Origin: an uncultured virus (IMG/VR IMGVR_UViG_3300048930_000898)
Taxonomy: Duplodnaviria > Heunggongvirae > Uroviricota > Caudoviricetes
Virus record (IMG/VR): IMGVR_UViG_3300048930_000898
Direction: 5' to 3' (one strand)
Length of the DNA stretch: 64,000 nt
The notes under the pieces are model-generated. The model did not search any database. It had not been told where the DNA came from and saw only the letters and a list, made by a program, of their open reading frames with translations. Positions 8,090 through 18,259 of the stretch are shown one piece after another. Each line of letters begins with the position of its first letter. The first letter of the stretch is position 1. The position numbers were made by a program, and so were the translations under genes.

Positions 8090-8342
8090 AAATACTAAAG
8101 AAGAAGCTGAAAAGCTTAAAAAAATGGAACAAGCTATTCTTAAAAAACAACAAGAACAAGCTTCTCCAGTAAGAGTTGCATATGCAATTGAAAAAGAACC
8201 CGGCACCGGCTGGGTTTTTGTTGAATATGAAATTAAGAACGATAAAGTTGTAAATAAAAAAATGAAAGAATGCATGGATAAAGATCATGCTATAGAAGTT
8301 TACAAAATTTCGTTTGTCACAAAATTTATTGAAGGTCGATAA
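8082..8342 (+). CDS. Hypothetical protein
   Basis: Coupled ORF. Confidence 0.75.
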   Translation: MGRNTKEEAEKLKKMEQAILKKQQEQASPVRVAYAIEKEPGTGWVFVEYEIKNDKVVNKKMKECMDKDHAIEVYKISFVTKFIEGR

Positions 8343-8704
8343 TGTTAGCTAAATTAAAACATTTTTTAAACCAAAAGATTGATAATTTGTTAAATTTACT
8401 ATTAAAAACCGGTAGATTTTTTCGTTTAGTAGATGAAAATTTTAATCAAATATCTTTAGTTAATATTGCTCTTTTAGTTATTATTGTAAAAGTAGCACTT
8501 GCTGTTGACCCATCGGTTGCGGATTTAGGCGCACTATTAATTGGTCTTTTAGCTCATTATGGAAAGAGACGCATTAATGTTAAAATGAAAGCTCTTGATG
8601 CCCAACAGAATAAAGAGATTGAAGAAACTAAAGGTAAACTAAAAGACCTTGCTGACAGAGTGGGATCTATTGCTGCAGCAATGGGATTTAAGAATCTTAA
8701 GTAA
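8342..8704 (+). CDS. Membrane protein (2 TM), holin-like candidate
   Basis: Two hydrophobic helices and a charged C-terminus. Confidence 0.55.
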   Translation: MLAKLKHFLNQKIDNLLNLLLKTGRFFRLVDENFNQISLVNIALLVIIVKVALAVDPSVADLGALLIGLLAHYGKRRINVKMKALDAQQNKEIEETKGKLKDLADRVGSIAAAMGFKNLK

Positions 8705-8970
8705 TGAATTATAAAAACGTCAAACATCAACTATATCAAATTATAGTTACTGAGATAGCAAAATACTATCAAAAGTCTATTTCACCTGCCGGTCTGTCAT
8801 TAGAAGACCTCAAGGCACTTGAACTTTTATCTAAAATATCTAATTTTGAAGAAAATATTAAAGTGCCAAATACTGAAACTAAACCTAAATCTGATAAAGA
8901 AATTAAAGATCTTTTAAAGATCGTACAGAGTAGTCCTTATGACCCAGGAACTGGAGGAAGCGAAAGCTAA
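8704..8970 (+). CDS. Hypothetical protein, possible terminase small subunit
   Basis: Small helical protein overlapping the large terminase start; positional inference only. Confidence 0.45.
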   Translation: MNYKNVKHQLYQIIVTEIAKYYQKSISPAGLSLEDLKALELLSKISNFEENIKVPNTETKPKSDKEIKDLLKIVQSSPYDPGTGGSES

Positions 8971-10375
8971 ACTTTGGAAAGCCGGAGTACTTTCGTGGAA
9001 ATTACATAAAACTCAAGTAGAAATCTATGATGCTATAAACAATAGTTCATCTTCTATTTTTGTTATTCTTTGTTCGCGGCAGTTGGGAAAATCATATATG
9101 TTGTGTGCATATGCTATCGAATATGCATTAAAAAACCCCGGCGCTAAAATAGCATATATTGCCCCCCAAGCAAAAATGGTTAAAAAAATTATTGTTCCTC
9201 GTATTCGTCAAATTCTTATTGATTGTCCAAGAGACCTTAAACCTACTTATAAAGTAAACGAACAAGTTTATATTTTTGACAATGGAAGTGAAATACACAT
9301 AGCAGGAACTGATGCTGGTAGAGCAGAAAACCTCAGGGGGCAAGTATTTCATCTTGTATTATGCGACGAAGCGGGCTTTATTGACGATTTAAGCTACCTA
9401 GTTTCTTCAATTCTTGTTCCTATGATTTCAACGACCAGAGGAAGAATTATTCTTTCTTCTACTCCTCCAGTTTCACCAGATCACGCCTTTGTAAAATATG
9501 TTAGACAGGCAGAAGTTAATGGTAATTATATTAAAAAAACAATATATGATAACCCCCTAATTGACTCTAGACAGTTAAAAGATCTAATCGAGGCCTCTGG
9601 AGGAGAAAATAGTGACGCTTGGAGAAGAGAGTACCTCGCGGAATTTATAACTAGCGCAAAAGATGCTGTTGTTCCAGAGGCAACTGAAGAATTAATGAAA
9701 GAATTGGTTCAAGAATGGCCTAGACCAGCATTTTATGATAGTTACACTTCTGCTGACTTAGGGTATGTTGATAATACCGGTATTGTTTTTGCATACTGGG
9801 ATTTTTTAAATGCCAAGCTTATTATAGAAGATGAGGCTATGTTTAGCAAACCGACTAGTAGCAAAATAGCTGAAATTGTTAAAGAAAAAGAGAAATCCTG
9901 CTGGGAATTTAATGGAACAGTAAAACAACCTTATAAAAGAGTTGTAGACGGTAATGATATTACTATAGCTGATTTAAATGCTCCTCCAAACAGTTTAAAA
10001 TTTGTAAAAACTAGAAATGACGACCCTTTGGCTGCTGTTAATGAGCTTAGGGTTATGCTTTATAATAAACAAATTATCATTAATCCTCGTTGTAAGAACC
10101 TAATAGCAGAACTTAAATACGCCGTATGGGATAACAGTGGCAGAAAATTTGCTCGCTCAGATGAAGATAGTAGGGGACACTTTGACGTCCTTATGGCTCT
10201 TATTTATTTAATTCGTAATTTAAACAAACAGAAAAATCCATACCCACCGGGGCTAGGATTAAATATTGATACAATGTACGTTCATCCAAGCAATTATACA
10301 AATAAAAGTTCTAATGCTGAAATAATGAAAAAAGCCCTTTTAGGCGACTTTAACAAGCGTTTTGGTAAAGAATAG
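8939..10375 (+). CDS. terL: Terminase large subunit
   Basis: SRQLGKS Walker A, LRG..LCDEAGF Walker B, LSSTP, REYLAEF, nuclease ADLGYVD. Confidence 0.95.
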   Translation: MTQELEEAKAKLWKAGVLSWKLHKTQVEIYDAINNSSSSIFVILCSRQLGKSYMLCAYAIEYALKNPGAKIAYIAPQAKMVKKIIVPRIRQILIDCPRDLKPTYKVNEQVYIFDNGSEIHIAGTDAGRAENLRGQVFHLVLCDEAGFIDDLSYLVSSILVPMISTTRGRIILSSTPPVSPDHAFVKYVRQAEVNGNYIKKTIYDNPLIDSRQLKDLIEASGGENSDAWRREYLAEFITSAKDAVVPEATEELMKELVQEWPRPAFYDSYTSADLGYVDNTGIVFAYWDFLNAKLIIEDEAMFSKPTSSKIAEIVKEKEKSCWEFNGTVKQPYKRVVDGNDITIADLNAPPNSLKFVKTRNDDPLAAVNELRVMLYNKQIIINPRCKNLIAELKYAVWDNSGRKFARSDEDSRGHFDVLMALIYLIRNLNKQKNPYPPGLGLNIDTMYVHPSNYTNKSSNAEIMKKALLGDFNKRFGKE

Positions 10376-10377
10376 CG

Positions 10378-10396
10378 TTAATAAGTAGTATAGTAA
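10378..10396 (+). promoter_or_regulatory. Putative late promoter, copy 2
   Basis: TTAATAAGTAGTATAGTAA before the portal gene. Confidence 0.75.
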
Positions 10397-10407
10397 GGTT
10401 AGGTGTT

Positions 10408-13400
10408 ATGTCAGATAATAGAGAAGAATATTGGGCACAGCTTGAAAAAACAGAAGTCTGTTCCGAACTCAGAAAAAAAATTGAAGACTGGTATAGTCAT
10501 ATCTCGACAACCGGTATTTTTCGCCGAATGCGAAAATGCTATCTGGCATATTATGGATTTAGTAGTGCAGGCCAAGGTCATACTTCTTCAGAAGTAACAT
10601 ATGGCGGAGCCCAGGGTGAACTTTCTTTAATTAAAGTAAATCAATTACGAAATATTGTGCAACATATGCTAGTTATGACAACTAGCACTCGCCCCTCAAT
10701 GGACGCTCGTGCCACCAATACTGATTATAAATCTCTTTCACAAACTGTACTTGCTAATAGTATTCTTGATTACTACATGCGAGAAAGAAAACTAGAAAGA
10801 TACTTGAGAGATTCTGTAGAAACTTCTCTAATATTTGGTGAGGCCTTTATTCGACTAAGCTGGGATACCAGCCTTGGTGACGAATATATGGTTGATAATG
10901 AAGGTAAAACAGTTTTTACTGGAGATATTAAATTCTCAGTTCATAATCCAATGGACGTAATTCGTGATGTATTTCAACCAGATGCAAATGAACACGACTG
11001 GATGATTGTTAGAAGTTTTAAAAATCGATATGAACTAATGTCAAAATATCCAGAATTAAAAGACGAACTAATGACAATTAGTACAAAAGATCGTCTTGAT
11101 TTTGAATATATGTTTATTAACTTTAATTATACAACATCTTCAGATTTGATTCCCGTATATGAATGGTATCATAGACGAACAGAATCAATGCCTAATGGTC
11201 GATATATTACATTTATTGATAATGATGTTGTGTTTTACGACGGCGATTTACCATATAGAGATATTCCTTTATACAGAATTACTCCTTCAAATCAAATTCA
11301 AACCCCCTTTGGATATACAGCAGCTTTTGATTTATTAGCTCTTCAAGATATTACAGATGCATTACATAGTACAATTGTAACAAACCAAAGTACCTTTGGT
11401 GTACAAAATATTGCAGCACCCCAAGGACATAACTTAACTGTTAGTCAACTTGGTGGCGGCTTAAACTTTATTGAATATGACCCTGCTGCAGGAAAACCAG
11501 AACCACTTAATTTAACCTTTACGCCACCTGAAATTTTTAACTACCTTGGTACAATTGAAAAAACCATGGAAACTATTTCTGGTGTAAACTCAGTCGCCCG
11601 TGGAAATCCAGAAGCAAATCTTCGCTCTGGTAACTCTCTCGCACTTGTTCAATCGATGGCCATTCAGTTTAACAATGGTCTTCAGCAGTCATATGCTCAG
11701 TTAATTGAAGACGTAGGTACGGCTATTATTAAAACATTGAAAGATTTTGCTTCTGTAGAAAGAACCGCAATTCTTACAGGTAAAAATAATAAATCAAATC
11801 TTAAATCATTCAAAGGTGATGATCTTAAAGATATTGATAGAGTTATTGTAGATTTAGGTAACCCTCTTTCTAAATGTCTTAAAAAAGGAACTAAAGTATT
11901 AATGTATGACGGTTCACTTAAAAAAGTAGAAGACATAAAAATTGGTGAACAAGTAATGGGACCAGATAGCAAACTAAGGACAGTTTCTAATGTAAACATT
12001 GGACAAGAAGAAATGTTTGATATTTATCATAAGAAAACAAATCCTAAGCTTTTATATGGCTGCAATAAAAGTCATATTCTTTCTCTTAAATATTGTTCAA
12101 AAGATGGTAGATATGGTTTAAAACAATATGACATTGTTGACGTTTCTGTCGGTGAGTTTTTAACTTGGCCAGCTGGAAAACAACAAAAATTCATGGGATT
12201 TAGAACCGGAGTAGAATTTCAAGATAAAGACACACCAGTTCCTCCTTATCAACTTGGTCTTTGGCTTGGTGACGGACATAAAAATACCCCAGCTATTACC
12301 ACAATGGATGAAGAAATTAAACAAGAATGGTATGAATACGCAAAAGCAGTTGGGCATGATATCAGAGTACAAGATCAACCAAATAATCAATCAAAAGTGT
12401 ATTTTATTACCAGTTCTAAACAAAACGGATCAAATGATCGAAATTGTGCATTAAATGCATTTAAATCTATCGGAGTTATTAATAATAAACATATTCCTGA
12501 TCTTTATAAAATCAATTCAACAAATAAACGATTAGAACTTTTAGCTGGTATTTTAGATACGGACGGAACTCTTATATCAGGAAAAACCTTTGTAATTACA
12601 CAAAAAAATAATGAATTAGCTAAAGATATTATATATTTAGCCAGATCGCTTGGATTTAAAGTTACTAGTAGAAAACGAATATCGTTTTCTCAAAACAAAA
12701 CTAGAGGTATATATAATTCAATCACAATCTCTGGGGATACCTGGAGAATACCCACTAGATTGCCACGAAAAAAAGCTAATAAATCAAAGCATAAATACAA
12801 CCATTTAAACTATGGAATTAGTATAAAATCAACAGGACCTGGAACATATTATGGATTTACTCTTAAAGAAGAACCTCATTTTGTTCTTGGTGATTTTACG
12901 GTAACTCATAATACCACCGCTGGTAAACTCGAAATGGCTAACAATCTCATGCAGATGGGTCTTATTAAATCACCCGATCAATACATGACAGTCATGAAAA
13001 CTGGAAATCTTGATGTAATGCTAGAAGGACCACTTCGAGAACTTACATATATTAAACAAGAAAATGAGTGGCTTGCTGATGGAAAAGAAGCGCCAGTTTT
13101 GATTACAGATAACCATTTGCAACACATCATGGAACATAAATCGGTATTATCAACAATTGAAGCTCGAATGAATCCCGAAGTGATGCGAGCTTGTAGAATT
13201 CATATTGAAGAGCATGTAAATGCTATGAAAAATGCAGACCCAGATGTCCTTTCAATGCTTGGTATTCAACCCCTACAGCCAGGAAGAACCCAAATGGATA
13301 ATCTTGATCCAAACCAAGCGGTATTAAGGCGTGAACAAGAAATGCAAGCTCAAATTGCACAACAGTCCATGATGGGTGGAATGCCTCAATTGCCAGCTGG

Positions 13401-13551
13401 AACCGGACAAGAAACTACATCTACAAATCAGCAAGTTTTACAACAAGGGTTACCAGGTGAGCAGCCGGGCCAAGAAATGCCCCAACAACCAGGAAGTCCT
13501 ACAAATCCACTAAGTGGAGGAAAATGGAACCCACAAACTGGTGGAATGTAA
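10408..13551 (+). CDS. Portal protein (P22-like) containing an intein; ~701 aa after splicing
   Basis: Follows TerL; podovirus portal size and motifs (ISGVNSVARG..SG..LA); Q/P-rich tail. Confidence 0.88.
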   Translation: MSDNREEYWAQLEKTEVCSELRKKIEDWYSHISTTGIFRRMRKCYLAYYGFSSAGQGHTSSEVTYGGAQGELSLIKVNQLRNIVQHMLVMTTSTRPSMDARATNTDYKSLSQTVLANSILDYYMRERKLERYLRDSVETSLIFGEAFIRLSWDTSLGDEYMVDNEGKTVFTGDIKFSVHNPMDVIRDVFQPDANEHDWMIVRSFKNRYELMSKYPELKDELMTISTKDRLDFEYMFINFNYTTSSDLIPVYEWYHRRTESMPNGRYITFIDNDVVFYDGDLPYRDIPLYRITPSNQIQTPFGYTAAFDLLALQDITDALHSTIVTNQSTFGVQNIAAPQGHNLTVSQLGGGLNFIEYDPAAGKPEPLNLTFTPPEIFNYLGTIEKTMETISGVNSVARGNPEANLRSGNSLALVQSMAIQFNNGLQQSYAQLIEDVGTAIIKTLKDFASVERTAILTGKNNKSNLKSFKGDDLKDIDRVIVDLGNPLSKCLKKGTKVLMYDGSLKKVEDIKIGEQVMGPDSKLRTVSNVNIGQEEMFDIYHKKTNPKLLYGCNKSHILSLKYCSKDGRYGLKQYDIVDVSVGEFLTWPAGKQQKFMGFRTGVEFQDKDTPVPPYQLGLWLGDGHKNTPAITTMDEEIKQEWYEYAKAVGHDIRVQDQPNNQSKVYFITSSKQNGSNDRNCALNAFKSIGVINNKHIPDLYKINSTNKRLELLAGILDTDGTLISGKTFVITQKNNELAKDIIYLARSLGFKVTSRKRISFSQNKTRGIYNSITISGDTWRIPTRLPRKKANKSKHKYNHLNYGISIKSTGPGTYYGFTLKEEPHFVLGDFTVTHNTTAGKLEMANNLMQMGLIKSPDQYMTVMKTGNLDVMLEGPLRELTYIKQENEWLADGKEAPVLITDNHLQHIMEHKSVLSTIEARMNPEVMRACRIHIEEHVNAMKNADPDVLSMLGIQPLQPGRTQMDNLDPNQAVLRREQEMQAQIAQQSMMGGMPQLPAGTGQETTSTNQQVLQQGLPGEQPGQEMPQQPGSPTNPLSGGKWNPQTGGM
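11875..12912 (+). mobile_element. Intein with LAGLIDADG endonuclease (346 aa) in portal
   Basis: LSK|CLKKGTKVLMYDG ... LGLWLGDG ... LLAGILDTDG ... FTVTHN|T. Confidence 0.95.
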
Positions 13552-13597
13552 TTATAGTTAAAAAATGTTTACTAATTAGTTAAGGTTACAAATACAA

Positions 13598-13885
13598 ATG
13601 GCTGGAAATATTAACGATAACTACGACTTTCAGCAAATCATAAAAAAGGTTTATGAACAACCAAATGTACCTGATGCTGAAAATCCAAATCTATTAAGAG
13701 TCCGAAACGTCGGGGGAAATCTTGTCCCTGATATTTATGATGAAATTTTTCTTACATATGTAAGTGGTGGACCGGCCGATGGTGAAATTGCCACTGCAAC
13801 TTATTACTTAGATTCAAATCTTATAGCAACATTAAATCTAGAATATTACCCCGATGGTTTATTAAAAAGGGTGACAAGGACTTAA
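13598..13885 (+). CDS. Hypothetical virion-region protein
   Basis: ORF in late block. Confidence 0.75.
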   Translation: MAGNINDNYDFQQIIKKVYEQPNVPDAENPNLLRVRNVGGNLVPDIYDEIFLTYVSGGPADGEIATATYYLDSNLIATLNLEYYPDGLLKRVTRT

Positions 13886-13886
13886 T

Positions 13887-14324
13887 ATGCCAGTTGCTAA
13901 GTATAAAATAACATTTAATCCTTTTACTGGTAATTTTGATTACGTTAGAAGAGATGACGCTGGTGGTAATGTAGTATTAGAAAATGTTCCTTGTGAACCT
14001 GATGCTCTTGTGAGTCATGCAGTCAGAATGAGCGCAGGAATAGCAATTAGAGCAATTGCAAATAATTCTACAAATGGAAATGTTATAGGAATTATTGAAA
14101 ATAAAGTATCATCAACTCTTGCAAATGTTAGAATCCTTGGATTATCTAGTTCAATTTTTACTGGTTTAAGTGAAAATGAAGATTATTATTTAAGTTCTAC
14201 TATAGCAGGAGAATTAACAACAACTCCACCAACAGCACCTGGAAGTGTTGTTATAAGAGTTGGTCAGGCATTTAGTGGAACAGAACTTATTGTATTGAAA
14301 GGCGTAAGATTTAGAAGGTCATAA
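13887..14324 (+). CDS. Putative capsid decoration/cement-like protein
   Basis: G.YYLS...AG.LT...P...G......VG.A motif shared with 14972-15802. Confidence 0.6.
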   Translation: MPVAKYKITFNPFTGNFDYVRRDDAGGNVVLENVPCEPDALVSHAVRMSAGIAIRAIANNSTNGNVIGIIENKVSSTLANVRILGLSSSIFTGLSENEDYYLSSTIAGELTTTPPTAPGSVVIRVGQAFSGTELIVLKGVRFRRS

Positions 14325-14325
14325 T

Positions 14326-14535
14326 ATGAAAGCAACTACAGACATTTGGTTTACTTCATTCTTAATGTTTAAAGACGTTAAAATGTCAAAGTATGAGAAA
14401 ATTGGAATAAAAAAAGGTAAATACTACTTTGATTTAACAGACGAACAGTGGAATGCTTATAAATTAGAATTTAACAATAGTGATATTGTTAAATTTAAAG
14501 GTTTAACTGAACAAGTAAAAGATTTAGTACACTAA
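14326..14535 (+). CDS. Small hypothetical protein (DUF5659-like)
   Basis: TTDIWFTSFL...YYFD pattern. Confidence 0.55.
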   Translation: MKATTDIWFTSFLMFKDVKMSKYEKIGIKKGKYYFDLTDEQWNAYKLEFNNSDIVKFKGLTEQVKDLVH

Positions 14536-14547
14536 GGAGAATCCACC

Positions 14548-14871
14548 ATGGGAGAAGACTTAAAACAAATAGGCAAGTTTAAACCAGAAGAATACTGGGA
14601 GTGGAGAACTAGCGTTAGCGAATGGAAAAAAGCGGAAGAAGAGTTAAAAATACGTCAATTACAGTACATCCTCATGGAAAAAGAAATTGAAATTAGTCGT
14701 TTAAAGATGCAACTATATAAAATTAATACGGAAGATTATAAAGCCACTGTAACTAGATTAAAAACCGAATATGATGATTTTAAACAAAAAATGGAGAAAA
14801 AACATAAAATTTCTCTTAATGACTGCATTATCGGTGACGATTTAACTATCTCTAGAATTGTAAAGGAATAA
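14548..14871 (+). CDS. Coiled-coil hypothetical protein
   Basis: AAGGAG SD, ORF. Confidence 0.75.
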   Translation: MGEDLKQIGKFKPEEYWEWRTSVSEWKKAEEELKIRQLQYILMEKEIEISRLKMQLYKINTEDYKATVTRLKTEYDDFKQKMEKKHKISLNDCIIGDDLTISRIVKE

Positions 14872-14873
14872 CT

Positions 14874-14892
14874 TTAATAAGTAGTATGGTAA
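14874..14892 (+). promoter_or_regulatory. Putative late promoter, copy 3
   Basis: TTAATAAGTAGTATGGTAA. Confidence 0.75.
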
Positions 14893-14971
14893 GGTAACTC
14901 CTGCAGGTTACGGTTATCTATGTTATCTGTTGTTATTCTAAGTAAGCTTATTTATTGGAGAAATTTAAAAT

Positions 14972-15802
14972 ATGGCACAAATTAAACTATTAAAAATCGA
15001 TGCAGATGGTGTTCCAGTTGAAATGAACACCGCAGCAGACGATATCACCTTAAATTCATTCACAGTTCAAGGTGGTGGTCCTGTTCTTTCCGGTACTGGA
15101 CTCGATATGAACAATCTTGACGTTTCTGACATTCAAGATCTTGTTTTTAACGATCCTACAACTGGAACTATTAACCAAACAGCCGGCAATCTTTTGATTG
15201 ATGACATCATGGCAAAAGACCGAGCAAATGTAATGGCAACCACTGGGGATGTAACGTTTCCTGTAATTACAGACGTTGCTGGAGAAGTTGATGCATTTCG
15301 TCTTCCTGCTCTTGCTGGTGCACCAACCGCTTCGCCCACATCCGGTGGAGAAGGACACATGGTTTGGGATAGCTCAAACAATCGTCTTTATATCTGGGAT
15401 GGCGCAGCATGGGACGATCAATCTACAGTTACTTCTGCTGCAAATCTTGATAATCTTTTTACTGCAGAAGTTAGTATTTCTGCACGAGATGTTGTCTACA
15501 TTTCATCCGCTGACAATGTAAGCCCTGCAGTAGCATCCGCAGGTGGGGCACCTTCGCGAGCGATTGGTTTTGCAACGGCAGCAGCAACTGCAACTAATCC
15601 AGTTGAAGTTCGTTCAGCTGGACAGCTTGCAGGTTTTGCAGGTTTAACAGCAGGTGATAGATACTATTTATCAGCAGCAACTGCCGGTGCGGTTGTGAAT
15701 TCTGTTCCTACGGGAGCTGGAAATACAATTGTTCAAGTAGGGTATGCACGAAGCGCATCTGAATTGTTTATTGATATTCAACAATTAGGCCGTCGTTCTT
15801 AA
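14972..15802 (+). CDS. Virion decoration/fibre protein with cement-like C-terminal domain
   Basis: A/G/T-rich; RLYIWDGAAW motif; GLTAGDRYYLS domain. Confidence 0.65.
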   Translation: MAQIKLLKIDADGVPVEMNTAADDITLNSFTVQGGGPVLSGTGLDMNNLDVSDIQDLVFNDPTTGTINQTAGNLLIDDIMAKDRANVMATTGDVTFPVITDVAGEVDAFRLPALAGAPTASPTSGGEGHMVWDSSNNRLYIWDGAAWDDQSTVTSAANLDNLFTAEVSISARDVVYISSADNVSPAVASAGGAPSRAIGFATAAATATNPVEVRSAGQLAGFAGLTAGDRYYLSAATAGAVVNSVPTGAGNTIVQVGYARSASELFIDIQQLGRRS

Positions 15803-15809
15803 TAAATAT

Positions 15810-15833
15810 GGCGGGATTATTCCCGCCTATTTT
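15810..15833 (+). terminator. Intrinsic terminator
   Basis: GGCGGGA-ttat-TCCCGCC followed by TATTTT. Confidence 0.65.
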
Positions 15834-15847
15834 CAAAAGTTATAGTT

Positions 15848-16930
15848 ATGGCAGTAGATAAAGTAAAACCTCTAGGATTAGAAGAGATTGATGATGGAAA
15901 TCAAACTGTTCCTATTCCTACCGAAATGAATCCAACAGAGGATTATGCTGCTGTAAAAGGTGTAGCTTTTGAAAATAGTGATAACACTTTAATTGATTCT
16001 GAGTCCGGTAATATAAAAATTACTACAAATGGTATAGAACGTTCTAGATATTTATTAAGTGGAGAATTAGGATTAAACACTACAACTCCAAATACGATCT
16101 TGGATGTAAATGGAGATTTTGCAACCAGGCAATCTGTTAGTGCTGCAAGTGGCACTATTAACAATTTGTCAACAGATAATATTTCTTTTTTACATTTTAC
16201 AAATAACTCTGGGCCTATAATTTCAGGTTTTGCAAATGGTTCAGATGGAAAACATTTAATAATTTTATACACAGGCACTGGTTATTTATCTTTATTAAAT
16301 CAAAGTTTATCATCTTCTGTTAATAATCGATTATCTTTAAATAATAATTTAAATCTATTTCAAAATCAATCAATTCATTTGATATACAATACAACTCTAA
16401 ATCGTTGGGTTTTTGCACAAAAACAACAAAGAACCTTTCCTGTACAATTTCAATTTGTTGGACAAATGAATTTTAATCAATATTTATATTCTTGGCAACA
16501 CGATGGTAGCGGTTCTAGAAGATCTAGTGAACCTTCTAATGGATGGCAATTTTCAAACAGTTCGCCTATTTTATGTCCTTTTAACGGTACAATTAGAAAA
16601 GTAATGTTTAGAAATAGAGGAATTGCCCAATCGACTGGAACTCCTGCTGCAAATATGACATTAAGATATGAACTATGGAATGTGGGCGTTGCCGGCGGTC
16701 AAGGTACAAAACTAGGAGATGTTAACATAACATTTGCAACTGCAAGTTTGACAATTGGTAATTTTGGAAATAGCGCTGTAAATACAAATTTTACAGGAAC
16801 TATTGAAAATTTAGGAATTCAAGTTACAGCTGGACAATTACTAGCTTTAAAATTTATAACACAAACTGGAAACTCAAATGTAGTTTCTGTACACAACGCT
16901 TTAATTTCTTTAGAAATAGAAGGATATTAA
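15848..16930 (+). CDS. Fibre-like virion protein
   Basis: GLNTTTPNTILDVNG fibre repeat; beta-rich C-terminus. Confidence 0.6.
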   Translation: MAVDKVKPLGLEEIDDGNQTVPIPTEMNPTEDYAAVKGVAFENSDNTLIDSESGNIKITTNGIERSRYLLSGELGLNTTTPNTILDVNGDFATRQSVSAASGTINNLSTDNISFLHFTNNSGPIISGFANGSDGKHLIILYTGTGYLSLLNQSLSSSVNNRLSLNNNLNLFQNQSIHLIYNTTLNRWVFAQKQQRTFPVQFQFVGQMNFNQYLYSWQHDGSGSRRSSEPSNGWQFSNSSPILCPFNGTIRKVMFRNRGIAQSTGTPAANMTLRYELWNVGVAGGQGTKLGDVNITFATASLTIGNFGNSAVNTNFTGTIENLGIQVTAGQLLALKFITQTGNSNVVSVHNALISLEIEGY

Positions 16931-16931
16931 T

Positions 16932-17705
16932 ATGCTTCAAATAAAAAATATTACTGAAGAAGATATAATTGTAAATTATATTAAAATTGATGCCGGTCAA
17001 ACTTATGATGTTCCATTTAACGATGAACTCAGCTGGGCAAATAATAATGAAGTTATTCAATATATTTCTAATAACAGTTTAAAAATTATAAAAAATGGTA
17101 CAGAATATAACACAATTGTTGAACAACTTTCAGCTTTACAAGGAACCCTAGTAAAATTAGATGAAAGTCGAGATAGTGACGGAGTTCCACTTCAACGTCT
17201 TAAAATTGCAGCAAATGGTGCTAAATTTAAAACTCACCATATTTATTTTAAGACTTCAGATTTAGATAGCTTAAAAGAACGTAAAGAAGATGGAACTTCT
17301 TATGATTATTCCACTCTTAAATTATTTGATATAAACGGAATAGAAATTACAGATTCGGCAAATGAAGGTGATGCGGTTAAAACTGTCGTAGAGTTTGAGC
17401 CACCTTTTACGTATGAAATCATTGGGGGCGGAATATATCAAGCCTCTGTTCCTGCTTCTTCATTAATAGTACATGCAATTTTTGCACCAACAATTCCAGA
17501 AGCATATGGCGGACAAATTCACTTTATAAATGAAGGTCATTTAGAAATGATGGGGACTGGAAAAGTTGTTGATATTGATGGATATGTACCTAAAAAAATT
17601 AATTATGATAGCGTAAATCATTCAGGTCGATTTAATTTTGTATTTCACCACGCTGCAGGTTTACAACATGAGCTTTTGATGTTTATTAAGATATTTGTGC
17701 CATAA
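16932..17705 (+). CDS. Hypothetical virion-region protein
   Basis: 257-aa ORF. Confidence 0.7.
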   Translation: MLQIKNITEEDIIVNYIKIDAGQTYDVPFNDELSWANNNEVIQYISNNSLKIIKNGTEYNTIVEQLSALQGTLVKLDESRDSDGVPLQRLKIAANGAKFKTHHIYFKTSDLDSLKERKEDGTSYDYSTLKLFDINGIEITDSANEGDAVKTVVEFEPPFTYEIIGGGIYQASVPASSLIVHAIFAPTIPEAYGGQIHFINEGHLEMMGTGKVVDIDGYVPKKINYDSVNHSGRFNFVFHHAAGLQHELLMFIKIFVP

Positions 17706-18180
17706 TATGAAAATTGTATTTACACAATCTGATCGTTGGGGTGCAAAGCTAATTCGATGGTTTACAAAGTCTGAATGGAGCCATTGTTTAATAGCACTAG
17801 ACGACGATTTAGAGGGTGAAAATCTTGTATTTGAGTCTACACTATCAGGAGGGGTAAAATTAAGCCTCTGGAGCCGTAGAAATGATAAAAAAAGGGCTAT
17901 TTATAACATTAAAGGGCAGCCTTCAATCAAACCTTTATATCCCTATCTAGGTAAAAATTACGGTTATTTACAAATCCTAGGATACCCCATTGCAAAGCTT
18001 TTTAAATTAAAATACAACCCCTTTAAAAAAGACTACGTTTGTTCGGAAATAGTTTTAAGATTCTTATTAGAAAATAATTACAAAGAGTTTAATTGTCTAG
18101 ATCTTAACACAGCAACCCCAGAAGATATTTATAAAATTTTAAGTAAAAGTCCAAATTTTACATTGTTAAATGTTAATTAA
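17695..18180 (+). CDS. Permuted papain-like (YiiX/YebB NlpC/P60) protein
   Basis: IRWFTKSEWSH (His) ... LGKNY ... YVCSEIV (Cys). Confidence 0.8.
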   Translation: MCHNMKIVFTQSDRWGAKLIRWFTKSEWSHCLIALDDDLEGENLVFESTLSGGVKLSLWSRRNDKKRAIYNIKGQPSIKPLYPYLGKNYGYLQILGYPIAKLFKLKYNPFKKDYVCSEIVLRFLLENNYKEFNCLDLNTATPEDIYKILSKSPNFTLLNVN

Positions 18181-18195
18181 TAAGTAGTATTGTAA
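18177..18195 (+). promoter_or_regulatory. Putative late promoter, copy 4
   Basis: TTAATAAGTAGTATTGTAA before the scaffold gene. Confidence 0.75.
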
Positions 18196-18259
18196 GAGCC
18201 TAACCAAGGGCGGCTCTAAACCATAAACTACCCAGAAATGGGCGTACTAAGGAGAACAT

